Shown here: one piece after another, positions 39,334-48,582 of the stretch
How positions within the stretch are numbered: position 1 is the stretch's first letter
Layout of the letters: each line of letters starts with the position of its first letter
Assembly: GCA_026706075.1 (NCBI GenBank)
Contig: JAPOZM010000001.1
Location: 16,230 to 80,229, forward strand
DNA length: 64,000 nucleotides
DNA from: Gemmatimonadaceae bacterium
GTDB lineage: Bacteria > Latescibacterota > UBA2968 > UBA8231
Direction: 5' to 3'
The notes under the pieces: generated by a model
Databases searched by the model: none
Seen by the model: only the letters and a program-made list of their open reading frames with translations
Told to the model about the DNA's origin: nothing
Position numbers and translations under genes: made by a program

Positions 39334-40335
39334 TCAGGGGGCTTGTTCGCGGGCGGCGGCGTAGAGCCGCCCCAGGTGGCGCATGGTGCGCAACGCCGCC
39401 TCCCCGTCGGCACCGGCCGCGGGCCGGCCCTCGACGGCGTCCACGAAGGCCTTCCACTCCCGTGCCCAGGACCGGTCGGGGCCGGGGAACCGCCGGAGGC
39501 GCTCCTGCGGAGCCCCTCCCTCCGGGGCCCGGCGGCCGAGGACGAGCCGCTCCTCGCCGTAGGACCCGCCGAGTCCCTCGGCGACGGCGTATCCGTCCCG
39601 TCCGAAAACCTCCAGGCTGAACAGGTTCTTCCACTGGGTCCAGCTCACGTGCATGGAGGCGATCTGGCCCGCCGTCGTGCGCAACAGGGCGAAGGCGTTG
39701 TCCTCCACGGGCATGTCCCAGAAGGCCGTTACCGCCTCGGCGCTGACGGCCTCGAAGTCGCAGCCGAGGATCCACAGGAAGAGGTCAACGAGGTGAGCGC
39801 CCTGGTCGAGCAGCTCGCCGCCTCCCGAAGCGGCCGCATCGGACCGCCACTCCCGGTCGTACCCGGGGCGGCCCCCGTGCCCGTAGCGCCCGCGCACGAA
39901 CATCAGGGGGCCGAGGCTCCCCTCCCCCGCCGCCCGCCGGACTCCCTCTACGGCCGGGTGGAAGCGATGGTTGTATCCGGCTCTCAGGACCCGGCCGTTC
40001 TCCCGGGCGGCGGCGGCGACCTCTTCGACCTCGGCGGCATTCCGCCCGAGGGGTTTCTCGCAGAGAACGTGCCGGCCGGCCTCCAGCGCCGCCACCGAGA
40101 TCTCCGCCAGGAGATGGTGGGGAGTCGAGACCACGACCAGATCGACGCCGTCGGCGGCGGCCAGGGTCCGCCAGTCGCCGTGGGCCCGGGTACCGTGCTC
40201 GCCAGCCAGACGCCGGGCCGCCTTCTCGTCGACATCGCAGACGGCCACCAGCCGGCTCGCCCCGTCGGCGGCCACCGCCGCGGCCCTCTGGCTCCCCGCG
40301 CGGCCGGCTCCGATCACCACGACCCGGTGGATCAT
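39334..40335 (-). CDS. Gfo/Idh/MocA family oxidoreductase
   Basis: In ORF 39334..40785; ATG 40335. MIHRVVVIGAGRAGSQRA... and HVLCEKPLG motifs. Confidence 0.85.
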   Translation of the reverse strand: MIHRVVVIGAGRAGSQRAAAVAADGASRLVAVCDVDEKAARRLAGEHGTRAHGDWRTLAAADGVDLVVVSTPHHLLAEISVAALEAGRHVLCEKPLGRNAAEVEEVAAAARENGRVLRAGYNHRFHPAVEGVRRAAGEGSLGPLMFVRGRYGHGGRPGYDREWRSDAAASGGGELLDQGAHLVDLFLWILGCDFEAVSAEAVTAFWDMPVEDNAFALLRTTAGQIASMHVSWTQWKNLFSLEVFGRDGYAVAEGLGGSYGEERLVLGRRAPEGGAPQERLRRFPGPDRSWAREWKAFVDAVEGRPAAGADGEAALRTMRHLGRLYAAAREQAP

Positions 40336-41156
40336 GGCCTCAGGCGCCGTACCGCGCCGCCCTCGCCGGCCATCACCTCCTCGACATCGAGGTGCTCCCA
40401 GTCGTCCCACACGGCCGACAGCAGACGGCCGCTCAGGCCCGCCGAGCGCGGCGAGACCAGGTAGAGAACGAGTTCCGCCGCCCCTTCGGGAGTGGCTCCC
40501 GGCTCCTCGGGGGCGGCTCCTCCCCGGGCGGCGGCCATCTCCCGGAGCGCGGCGGCGGCCTCCCGCGCCATGTCGGTGCGGACTTCCCCGGGGGCGACGG
40601 CGTTGACGCGCACCCCGTGGGGCGACACCTCGGCCGCAAGGGTCTCGGTGAAGCTCACCACGCCGGCCTTGGCGGCCCCGTAGGCGGTGAACCACGGCCG
40701 CGGACTCACGGCTCCTCCGCCGGAGAGGTTCACGATCCCGCCGCGCCGACGGGCGATCATGCCGGGCAGCACGGCGCGGCAGCACAGGAAGCAGCCGCCG
40801 AGGTTGACTCGTACCGCCCGCAGCCAGGCCTCCGGTTCGGCTTCGTGAGCCGGTCCGGCCGGGCCCAGGACTCCGGCGTTGTTCACCAGGATGTCGACCC
40901 CTCCCCAGGCCCGCTCCGCCTCGGCGACGGCGGCGGCGACCTGCCCGGGGACGGAGACGTCGGCGGTCAGGGCCAGGACCGAGGAGCCTGCGGCCGACAG
41001 CTCCTGCGCCGCCTCTTCGACCTGTTCCCGCGTCCGGGCCAGGATGGCCACACGGGCTCCGGCGGCCCCCAGGGTCAGGGCGATGGACCGCCCGATGCCC
41101 CGTCCGCCGCCGGTGACCAGGGCGTTCCTGCCCTCCAGCTCCCCCTCAGCGCTCAT
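40332..41156 (-). CDS. SDR family oxidoreductase
   Basis: In ORF 40332..41222; ATG 41156. GRNALVTGGGRGIGRSIAL and YGAAKAG (YxxxK). ATGA overlap with the downstream gene. Confidence 0.85.
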   Translation of the reverse strand: MSAEGELEGRNALVTGGGRGIGRSIALTLGAAGARVAILARTREQVEEAAQELSAAGSSVLALTADVSVPGQVAAAVAEAERAWGGVDILVNNAGVLGPAGPAHEAEPEAWLRAVRVNLGGCFLCCRAVLPGMIARRRGGIVNLSGGGAVSPRPWFTAYGAAKAGVVSFTETLAAEVSPHGVRVNAVAPGEVRTDMAREAAAALREMAAARGGAAPEEPGATPEGAAELVLYLVSPRSAGLSGRLLSAVWDDWEHLDVEEVMAGEGGAVRRLRP

Positions 41157-41275
41157 GGGCGGCCAAAGTATGCGGGATCTCCCTTCGGGGAAAGACAGGC
41201 CGCGTTGCCTGTGTGCTCCCATCCCTTACATTTTACAACCACTTCGGACCACCCAGCCCTGCACGGATCACCCCC

Positions 41276-42727
41276 ATGTCCCTCTGCGCGACCCAGGCCG
41301 ACCCGCGCGCGATCTGCCGCCGCATCAACGAGAGCGCTCCCACCGAGTACATCTTCGAGGGCGACCGCTCGCGGCTCCATCCAGAGAGCCGGTTGCCCTG
41401 GCGGATCTCGCCGGAGCCGTTCTGGCTGACCGGCGACCAGCACGCCTTCCTGCTACGGCTGGGGCCGGCGCTGCACGCCTTCAACCGCGCCGCCAATCTC
41501 CTTTACCACCAGAGCATCAGGGGCCTGCGGCCGGACTGGGTGCGCGCCTATCTCGACGCCGGCAAGCCGGAGCGGACCGTCGACCTGGGCCGGCTCAACC
41601 GCGTCAAGTCGCACCTGCCCGTGGTGATCCGCCCCGACCTCATCGTCACCGCCGACGGCGTGCGCGCGGCCGAGCTCGACTCGGTGCCCGGCGGCATCGG
41701 CTTCACCGCCCAGCTCACCGCCGCCTACGCCGATCTCGGCTACGAGCTGGTGGGCGGCGCCCACGGCCTGGTGGAGGGATTCTGGCGGGCCGTTGCCGGG
41801 ACGGCGAGGAACTGCGACGAGCCCGTGGTCTGCATCCTCGTCTCCGACGAGGCCGAGGCCTACCGGGACGAGATGGAGTGGCTGGCCGGCGCCCTCCGGG
41901 AACGTGGCCGTCCCGTCCACTGCCGCCACCCGCGTGAGTTGCACGTCGACGACGACGGCGTGCTCATAGACGGCGGCGACGGACGGGTACGGGTGGACGT
42001 GGCCTACCGGTTCTTCGAGCTCTTCGACCTGCCCAACATTCCGAAGGTCGAACTGGTCTCCTACCACGCCAAGAAGAACGCGGTTCGCGTGACCCCGCCC
42101 ATGAAGGCCTATCTCGAGGAGAAGATGTGGCTCGCCCTGTTCCACAATCCGCGCCTGGCCGCCTTCTGGGAGCGGGAGTTGCCCGGAGACGCCTGTGATC
42201 TGCTGCGGGACGTCTTCCCCCGCACCTGGGTCCTCGACCCCACGCCCGTGCCGCCCCATGTCGTGGTGCCCGGTCTGCAAGTCGGGGGGCGTCCGGTCAG
42301 CGACTGGGAGGAGCTGCGCCACCTCAGCAAGAAGGAGCGCGAGCTCGTCATCAAGCCCTCGGGGTTCTCGGAGAAGGCCCAGCAGAGCCGCGGCGTCACC
42401 GTCGGCCACGACGTGCCCGAAGAGGACTGGCGGGCCGCTCTCGACGAGGCCCTGCGGTCCTTCGAGCAGACCCCCCGGGTGCTGCAGAACTTCCACAAGG
42501 GCGCGCGCCTGCCGGCCCGCTACTACGACTTCGAGTCCGACACCATCGAGAGCATGCACGGCCGCGTCCTCCTGCGCCCCTACTACTACGTCGTCGGCGA
42601 GGAGGTGCTGCTCGCCGGCGTGCAGTGCCTGGTCTGCCCCTCGGACAAGAAGGTCCTGCACGGCATGACCGAGGCCGTTCTGACGCCCGCCGCGGTGGCG
42701 CCGGCCTCGGAGGATGGACCCGGTTGA
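41276..42727 (+). CDS. hypothetical protein, ATP-grasp-like (glutathionylspermidine-synthase / circularly permuted ATP-grasp resemblance)
   Basis: In ORF 41213..42727; ATG 41276 chosen. ...ELVIKPSGFSEKAQQSRGVTVG... and ...GRVLLRPYYYV... recall ATP-grasp ligases. The assignment is weak. Confidence 0.55.
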   Translation: MSLCATQADPRAICRRINESAPTEYIFEGDRSRLHPESRLPWRISPEPFWLTGDQHAFLLRLGPALHAFNRAANLLYHQSIRGLRPDWVRAYLDAGKPERTVDLGRLNRVKSHLPVVIRPDLIVTADGVRAAELDSVPGGIGFTAQLTAAYADLGYELVGGAHGLVEGFWRAVAGTARNCDEPVVCILVSDEAEAYRDEMEWLAGALRERGRPVHCRHPRELHVDDDGVLIDGGDGRVRVDVAYRFFELFDLPNIPKVELVSYHAKKNAVRVTPPMKAYLEEKMWLALFHNPRLAAFWERELPGDACDLLRDVFPRTWVLDPTPVPPHVVVPGLQVGGRPVSDWEELRHLSKKERELVIKPSGFSEKAQQSRGVTVGHDVPEEDWRAALDEALRSFEQTPRVLQNFHKGARLPARYYDFESDTIESMHGRVLLRPYYYVVGEEVLLAGVQCLVCPSDKKVLHGMTEAVLTPAAVAPASEDGPG

Positions 42728-43806
42728 GCGGCCCCATCCTCATCGACGGCGCCCCGGTCGAGGCGGATCCCCGCGGCCCTCAGGCCAAGCTCGCCGACCT
42801 CGAGGAGCTCCTGCGCCCCATGGGACGCGTTCTGATCGGCTACTCCGGCGGAGTCGACAGCGCTCTCCTCGTCGTCGCCACCCACCGGGTCCTGGGCGCG
42901 GACGCCATCGCCGTCACCGCCGACTCCGAGAGCTACGCCGAGGGCGAGCTGGAGCTGGCGGCGGAAGTGCTGCGCCCCTTCGGCATCCGCCACGAAGTAG
43001 TCCGCACCGGCGAGCTCGACAACCCGGACTACGCCGCCAACCCCGTCAACCGCTGCTACTACTGCAAGAGCGAACTGTTCTCCCACATGACCGCACTCGC
43101 CGCGGAGCTGCAGGTCGACAATCTGCTCTTCGGCCACAACGCCGACGACCGCGGCGACTACCGCCCGGGGGCCACCGCCGCCCGCGAGTTCGGGGTGCGG
43201 GCGCCGCTGCAGGAGGCGGGCTTGACGAAGCGCGACGTGCGCGAGCTGGCCCGGCGCATGGGCATCCCGGTGTGGGACCGTCCGGCCCTGGCCTGTCTGT
43301 CCTCCCGGTTCCCCTACGGCACCCCGGTCACCCGCGAGGGACTGCGCCGCGTCGATGCCGCCGAGAACCGGGTACGGGCGGAGGGGTTCGGCTCCGACGT
43401 CCGGGTGCGCCACCACGACGACGTGGCCCGTATCGAGTTGCCGGCCGACGACCTCGCGCGGCTGTTGTCCGACCGCTCCGTGCGAGACCGGCTGAGGGCG
43501 GCCCTGGTCGATCTCGGCTACGCCAGGGTCACGGCCGATCTCCGCGGCTTCCGCTCCGGCAGCCTGAACGAGGTGCTGAGGAGCCCGGGGGGCGACGGCG
43601 AACCGGCGGCGGCCGTGCGCCGGGAGGCCTCCGGCCTCGGCCTCGACCCCTGCGAGTGCGGGGAGCAGGGCCAGATCCTGTGGATGCGCCTCTCGGAAGA
43701 GGCCGGAGACCGCCTCGCCCAGGACTCGCTGCGTACCGCCCTGGTCTCCGCCGGGGAGCGCGCCGGGGCCCGCTATATCGCCCTCGACCTGACTCCCGCC
43801 TCTTGA
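42724..43806 (+). CDS. PP-loop ATP-utilising enzyme, LarE-like (TIGR00268-type)
   Basis: In ORF 42625..43806; TTG 42724 (TTGA overlap). VLIGYSGGVDSALLV (SGGxDS), NRCYYCKSELF and ACLSSRFPYG. Confidence 0.8.
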   Translation: MSGPILIDGAPVEADPRGPQAKLADLEELLRPMGRVLIGYSGGVDSALLVVATHRVLGADAIAVTADSESYAEGELELAAEVLRPFGIRHEVVRTGELDNPDYAANPVNRCYYCKSELFSHMTALAAELQVDNLLFGHNADDRGDYRPGATAAREFGVRAPLQEAGLTKRDVRELARRMGIPVWDRPALACLSSRFPYGTPVTREGLRRVDAAENRVRAEGFGSDVRVRHHDDVARIELPADDLARLLSDRSVRDRLRAALVDLGYARVTADLRGFRSGSLNEVLRSPGGDGEPAAAVRREASGLGLDPCECGEQGQILWMRLSEEAGDRLAQDSLRTALVSAGERAGARYIALDLTPAS

Positions 43807-44336
43807 TCCGCGAGATCGTCCGCTACGGCTCGAAGGTACTGCGCCGCAAGGCACTCCCGGTGACCTCGGTCGACGCCGAGGTGAATGCACTCATCCAGGA
43901 TCTCTTCGACACCCTGGCCGAGGCCGACGGCGTCGGCCTGGCGGCGCCCCAGATCGGGGTCTCGCGCCGCGTCATCGTCGTCGACATCTCCGCCGCCGAG
44001 GCCACCCAGCCGCCCATGGCTCTGGTAAACCCGGCCATCGACGCCGCCGAGGGCACGGCCACCGCCGAAGAGGGCTGCCTGAGCATCCCCGATCTCTACG
44101 GCGAGGTTCCGCGGTTCACGGAAGTCACCATCTCGGCCCTCGACCACGAGGGGTGCGCCTTCGAGCTCTCCGCCGAGGGATTCTTCGCCCGCGTCCTGCA
44201 GCACGAGATCGACCATCTCGACGGCCGGTTGTTCATCGACCACATGCCCCCCCTGAGACGTCAGCTGTTGCGCGGCCCACTCAAGCGCATCCGCAAGGAG
44301 GGCGAGGAGTGGGACCGACGGCACTCGTCGCACTGA
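43803..44336 (+). CDS. def: peptide deformylase
   Basis: In ORF 42714..44336; TTG 43803 (TTGA overlap). GVGLAAPQIG, EGCLSIP and HEIDHLDG motifs. Confidence 0.9.
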   Translation: MIREIVRYGSKVLRRKALPVTSVDAEVNALIQDLFDTLAEADGVGLAAPQIGVSRRVIVVDISAAEATQPPMALVNPAIDAAEGTATAEEGCLSIPDLYGEVPRFTEVTISALDHEGCAFELSAEGFFARVLQHEIDHLDGRLFIDHMPPLRRQLLRGPLKRIRKEGEEWDRRHSSH

Positions 44337-44343
44337 CGGCGCG

Positions 44344-44372
44344 TTGACAGGCGCCGGGAACGCCGTTAGCTT
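44344..44372 (+). promoter_or_regulatory. candidate promoter for tRNA-Asp
   Basis: TTGACA (44344..44349), a 17-nt spacer, then TAGCTT (44367..44372), about 21 nt upstream of the tRNA 5' end. Confidence 0.35.
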
Positions 44373-44393
44373 TCTGCACTTGCTCTACTGCAC

Positions 44394-44471
44394 GGGATCG
44401 TAGTTCAGCTGGTATAGAACGCCGGCCTGTCACGCCGGAGGTCGCGGGTTCGAGTCCCGTCGGTCCCGCCA
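44394..44471 (+). tRNA. tRNA-Asp (anticodon GTC), CCA encoded
   Basis: Folded by hand. Acceptor GGGATCG/CGGTCCC, D arm GTTC..GAAC, anticodon stem CCGGC/GCCGG with loop CTGTCAC, T arm GCGGG-TTCGAGT-CCCGT, discriminator G plus CCA. Confidence 0.9.
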
Positions 44472-44477
44472 GAAATG

Positions 44478-44510
44478 AAGGCCCTGGATGCCGCATCCAG
44501 GGCCTTTTTT
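44478..44510. terminator. rho-independent terminator between tRNA-Asp and the convergent feoB
   Basis: AAGGCCCTGGATgccgcATCCAGGGCCTT followed by TTTT, giving a T6 run at 44505..44510. An A/T-rich flank on the other side could serve the minus-strand gene. Confidence 0.65.
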
Positions 44511-44537
44511 CATGGTGGGTCAGGAGGAGGCCAGGCG

Positions 44538-45962
44538 TCAGCTCAGGGCGCGCCAGACGATTGCGACGAGGAAGCAGAGCAGGAAGCCCATGGCCACGGG
44601 CAGCAACGCCGAGACCGTCGTCCACTTGGCGCTCCGGGTCTCCTTGTAGATCGTGTAGATCGTCGTCGAGCACGGATTGTGGACCAGGCTGAAGAGCATC
44701 AGGTTCACCGCCGTCAGCAGGGTCCATCCGCCCGAGGCCAGGATCCGTGCGGTGTCCGCCTCTGAGTCGAGCTCGAACATCACCCCCGCCCCCGCTCCGA
44801 GCTCCGGCGTGCCGACGCTCATGACCGTGAGCATGAGGATCGTTGGAATGATGATCTCGTTGGCCGGGATGGCGATCACGTAGGCCAGCAGGATCACGCC
44901 GTTGAGGCCGATGATGGCGCCGAAGGGGCCGGTGAAGTCGATGAAGTGCTCGGCCAGGCTGGCCTGTCCGACGGTGATGTTGGAGGACAGCCAGATCACG
45001 GCGCCGGCGGGAATGGCGAAAATCACCGCCCGCCACAACACGATGAGGGTGCGGTCGATCACCGAGGTGTAGACGGTGCGCAGGATCTGTGGGGGCCGGT
45101 ACGGAGGCAGCTCGAGGCTGAAGGCGGAGGCCTCTCCCCTGAGCACGGTCCGGGAGAGTGCCCAGGAGACGACGAATGCCAGCAGGATCCCGGTCACGGC
45201 CACGGCCACCACGGAGGCGGCCGAGACCAGACCCGCCAAGTGCGCGGGCACGAGACCGCCGATGAAGATGGTGGCCACCAGGATCTGCGTCGGCCAGCGG
45301 CCGTTGCAGAGGGAGAAGTTGTTGGTGATGATGGCGATCAGGCGCTCCCGCGGGCTGTCGATGACGCGCGTGGAGACGATCGCCGCGGCGTTGCAGCCGA
45401 AGCCCATGGCCATGGTCAGGGCCTGCTTGCCGTGGGCCCCGGCGCGGCGGAAGAGGCCGTCGAGGTTGAAGGCCACCCTCGGCAGGTAGCCGAAGTCCTC
45501 GAGGAGGGTGAAGAGGGGGAAGAAGATCGCCATGGGAGGCAGCATGACACTGATCACCCAGGCCATGGCCAGGTAGATGCCGTCGATGAGCAGACCGTCG
45601 AGCCACGACCACATGCCGATGGCGGCGGCCCCCCCCTTGAGAGCGGGATGGATCGTATCGACGAGCAGGGTCGTCAGCATGGCCGAGGGATAGTTGGCGC
45701 CCTCGATGGTCAGCCAGAAGACCACGGTCAGCATCAGCAGCATCAGCGGGAAGCCGAGCCAGCGGCTGGTCACGAAGCGGTCGATGGTGCGGTCCAGGTC
45801 GAAGCGCCCGCGCTCTCCCTCGCGGGTCACGGCGCGGTCGGCGATGCGGGCCGCATCGGTGTAGATCGACTCGACGAGGTCGTCGTGGAAGTCACGGCCC
45901 GCGTCCCAGCGCAGGGAGCCGGCCCGGGAGAGGATCCTCTCCGTATGCAGTCGCTGCTCCAT
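44538..45962 (-). CDS. FeoB membrane (permease) domain protein, separate ORF
   Basis: C-terminal 474 aa of ORF 44538..46988; ATG 45962. ...[26 protein letters not shown]... aligns by eye with the start of the membrane part of the full-length FeoB at 18798..20960. Polytopic. Confidence 0.85.
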   Translation of the reverse strand: MEQRLHTERILSRAGSLRWDAGRDFHDDLVESIYTDAARIADRAVTREGERGRFDLDRTIDRFVTSRWLGFPLMLLMLTVVFWLTIEGANYPSAMLTTLLVDTIHPALKGGAAAIGMWSWLDGLLIDGIYLAMAWVISVMLPPMAIFFPLFTLLEDFGYLPRVAFNLDGLFRRAGAHGKQALTMAMGFGCNAAAIVSTRVIDSPRERLIAIITNNFSLCNGRWPTQILVATIFIGGLVPAHLAGLVSAASVVAVAVTGILLAFVVSWALSRTVLRGEASAFSLELPPYRPPQILRTVYTSVIDRTLIVLWRAVIFAIPAGAVIWLSSNITVGQASLAEHFIDFTGPFGAIIGLNGVILLAYVIAIPANEIIIPTILMLTVMSVGTPELGAGAGVMFELDSEADTARILASGGWTLLTAVNLMLFSLVHNPCSTTIYTIYKETRSAKWTTVSALLPVAMGFLLCFLVAIVWRALS

Positions 45963-46792
45963 CAACTGACCTCCAATCGTGCCTGACCCGCCTCTGAGGC
46001 AGCCCGCGCCAGGTGACGCCCGAGGTCGGCGATCTCCCCGGAGCGCACGGCCTCGACGATTCGCGGGTCCCCCTCCAGCAGCCGCAGAGCCACCCAGCGC
46101 CCGTTCGGCAGTCCGGGATAAGCGGTCTCCACTTCGGCCATGAGCTCCTCGACGGCGGCCTTCAACCCCTGGGGCGGCTCGACCCGGTGCGGCCTGCACA
46201 CGGACCGTCCCGTGGCCACGTCGGCCACCGCCTGCAGCAGCTCCGGGATGCCCTGGCCCCGGCGGGCCACGGTGGGCACCACCGGCACGCCGAGGTCGCG
46301 GGCCAGACGCCGGTCGTCGACCACCATGCCCCGGCGCTCTCCCTCGTCCATGAGGTTCAGGCAGAGGACGGCGCGGTCGGTGATCTCCAGCACCTGGAGG
46401 ACGAGGTTCAGATTGCGCTCCAGCAGGGTCGCATCGACGACGATCACGGTCACGTCGGGGCTGCCGAAGAGGAGGAAGTCCCGCGCCACCTCCTCGTCGT
46501 CGCTGGTGGAGAGGAGGGAGTAGGTCCCGGGCAGGTCGACCAGCTTGTAACGGCTCCCTCCATAGCCGAAGCCGCCTTCGGCGCGCACCACGGTCTTGCC
46601 GGGCCAGTTGCCGGTGTGCTGCCGCAGCCCCGTGAGGGCGTTGAAGACCGTCGTCTTGCCGGTGTTCGGGTTCCCGGCCAGGGCCACCACGAAGTCCCAG
46701 TTGTCCATGTTCACGCCGAGCCGGATCAGGTTGGCGGCGTGATGGGCGGGACAGGCCTCGCAGGCGCCCGCGGCGGCGGGTCTCTCTGTCAT
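45962..46792 (-). CDS. FeoB N-terminal GTPase (G plus helical) domain protein, separate ORF
   Basis: In ORF 45962..47779; ATG 46792. ...[22 protein letters not shown] (G1), VDLPGTYSL (G3), NLMDE. The stop TGA shares one nt with the ATG of the membrane ORF (TGATG). Confidence 0.85.
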   Translation of the reverse strand: MTERPAAAGACEACPAHHAANLIRLGVNMDNWDFVVALAGNPNTGKTTVFNALTGLRQHTGNWPGKTVVRAEGGFGYGGSRYKLVDLPGTYSLLSTSDDEEVARDFLLFGSPDVTVIVVDATLLERNLNLVLQVLEITDRAVLCLNLMDEGERRGMVVDDRRLARDLGVPVVPTVARRGQGIPELLQAVADVATGRSVCRPHRVEPPQGLKAAVEELMAEVETAYPGLPNGRWVALRLLEGDPRIVEAVRSGEIADLGRHLARAASEAGQARLEVS

Positions 46793-47802
46793 TTCGATTT
46801 CTTCTCCACCTGGATATGCTCGGCCTGCTGCCGGCGCAGGGCGACCGTCGCCCCCCGCACCTGGTAGGCCACGGGGTCGCCGGTGGGGCTGACCATCTCG
46901 GCGCACACCTCGGTCCCCGGCAGAAGTCCCATGTCCAGCAGCCGCCGGCGCTCCAGGCCCCGGCAGGCCGGCGAGATGCGCACCACACGGGCCCGCTCCC
47001 CCCTGGCCAGCTCGTCCAGGCTGTCGTACGGCCCCGGCATCTCCCCCTCCACCGGGTGCACGAAGACGTTGCCCGCCACCACCGGCGGCAGGCTGTGCGG
47101 CCGGCCGTCGGCGATCAGGCGGATCTCTTCGTCGCCGGCGCTCACCAGCTGCACCCGGATGCCCGGATAGAGGCCGGCTTCGGTCAACTGGCGGAAGACC
47201 TCCTCGGGCTCGTCCTCGACATGCTCGATGCGGGCCAACTCGCCCTCCTGGAGGGCCGGCAGCGCGACCGTCTGCGGCGGCGGCACCTCCCCTTCGGCGG
47301 TGGGGATCGGGTCGCCGTGGGGATCGTAGGCGGGGTGACCCATCTCCTGGGAGAGCCTCTCCGTCTCCTCGGCCGAGAGGTGATGCTCCCGCCTCTCCGC
47401 CTCCTCGTGCCATCGGGAACGGCTGACGCCGGTGCGCTCGGCGAGGTAGCGCTCCCAGAGCCGGTGGATACGCACCATCCGCAGCGCCTCCTCGCGGCCG
47501 TCGCGAGTCAGCGCCATGCCGTGCTCGAGGGTCGAGACGAGGCCGAGGGACTCCAGGCGGATGAGGACGCCGGCGGCCCGGCTCCGGGGCACCTCGAGGG
47601 CTCCGGCGAGGCTCTCGACGCTGGCCGTCCGCTTCTGGTACTCGCAGTCGTAGAGATGCTTGAGCCCGTCCTCGACCAGGATCCGCTCCCCCATCCCCCG
47701 CAGCCGGCGCCACCGGCGCACCCAGCCGCGCCCGAGCCACAGGAGCAGGGCGAGAGCGGCGGCCAGGACGGCCGCCCAATAGAGAGGGGTTGATGATTCC
47801 AT
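46789..47802 (-). CDS. DtxR-type metal regulator fused to an N-terminal TM helix and two FeoA domains
   Basis: ORF 46789..47802, ATG start. [19 protein letters not shown] helix. ...[43 protein letters not shown]...[12 protein letters not shown] is a DtxR HTH plus dimerisation region. Then two FeoA-like segments (...[11 protein letters not shown]... and ...[27 protein letters not shown]...). ATGA overlap with the feoB G-domain gene. Confidence 0.75.
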   Translation of the reverse strand: MESSTPLYWAAVLAAALALLLWLGRGWVRRWRRLRGMGERILVEDGLKHLYDCEYQKRTASVESLAGALEVPRSRAAGVLIRLESLGLVSTLEHGMALTRDGREEALRMVRIHRLWERYLAERTGVSRSRWHEEAERREHHLSAEETERLSQEMGHPAYDPHGDPIPTAEGEVPPPQTVALPALQEGELARIEHVEDEPEEVFRQLTEAGLYPGIRVQLVSAGDEEIRLIADGRPHSLPPVVAGNVFVHPVEGEMPGPYDSLDELARGERARVVRISPACRGLERRRLLDMGLLPGTEVCAEMVSPTGDPVAYQVRGATVALRRQQAEHIQVEKKSK

Positions 47803-47819
47803 GACTGCGAACTTTATTT

Positions 47820-47838
47820 TTAGGCTAGGCTAAATCGC
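47820..47838. promoter_or_regulatory. candidate DtxR/IdeR-type operator
   Basis: TTAGGCTAGGCTAAATCGC compared with the remembered IdeR/DtxR consensus TTAGGTTAGGCTAACCTAA. This gives 13/19 matches, all within the first 14 positions. It lies in the AT-richer intergenic region between two divergent DtxR-family genes. Confidence 0.4.
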
Positions 47839-47913
47839 CTCGGCCCCATAGGATAGGTCCGGCCCCCGGTGCCCGTCAAGATCCTGGTGGGGGCCGCCGA
47901 CAAGGATCGACCG

Positions 47914-48582
47914 ATGCTCAGCGACGCGGTGCAGGACTACCTGAAGGCGATCTTCAAGCTCTCCCGGGCCCCGGAGGCGGCCGGCATGGTGACCACCTCC
48001 CACATCGCCGCGCGCCTGCGGGTATCGGCGGCTTCGGCTACGAACATGATCAAGAAGCTGGCGGAGATGCGGCTCCTCGACCACCACCCGTACCAGGGGG
48101 TGGAGCTGACGCCCGCGGGCGAGAAGATCGCCCTGGAGATCGTGCGCCATCACCGCCTCCTCGAGCTCTATCTCCGCGAGGCCCTGGGCTACGAGTGGGA
48201 CCAGGTCGATGCCGAGGCCGACCGCCTCGAGCACGTCATCTCCGAGGACTTCGAGGACCGCATCGACAAGGCCCTCGGGCACCCCACCGTCGGCGCCCAC
48301 GGCGAGCCGATCCCCACCAAGGACGGGGAGATCGCCGACCACCACTACCAGCGGCTCTCCGAGCTGAGCGCGGGGCAGCGCGGCCGCATCCGGCAGGTGA
48401 GCGACCGGGACCCGGAGTTGCTCCGCTACCTCGACCGCAGCGGACTCGTCCTCGGCACCGAGGTCCGAGTCCGCGACCGGGCTCCCTTCCAGGGGCCCAT
48501 CCTCCTGGACGTGGGACGCTCCGGCGAGCGGCACATCGGCCTCGACGTGGCTGCGGCGATCTATGTCGACGTTCTGCGGTAG
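47914..48582 (+). CDS. DtxR/MntR family metal-dependent transcriptional regulator
   Basis: In ORF 47869..48582; ATG 47914 (MLSDAVQDYLKAIFKL). ...TTSHIAARLRVSAASATNMIKKLAEMRLL...RHHRLLELYL...C-terminal SH3/FeoA-like domain. Confidence 0.85.
   Translation: MLSDAVQDYLKAIFKLSRAPEAAGMVTTSHIAARLRVSAASATNMIKKLAEMRLLDHHPYQGVELTPAGEKIALEIVRHHRLLELYLREALGYEWDQVDAEADRLEHVISEDFEDRIDKALGHPTVGAHGEPIPTKDGEIADHHYQRLSELSAGQRGRIRQVSDRDPELLRYLDRSGLVLGTEVRVRDRAPFQGPILLDVGRSGERHIGLDVAAAIYVDVLR

Noticed and set aside
44394-44537. tRNA-Asp as an integration site of a genomic island or prophage
   Set aside because: There is no integrase, transposase or phage gene on either side. I saw no direct repeat of the tRNA 3' end nearby. 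The flanking genes (def, feoB) look chromosomal.
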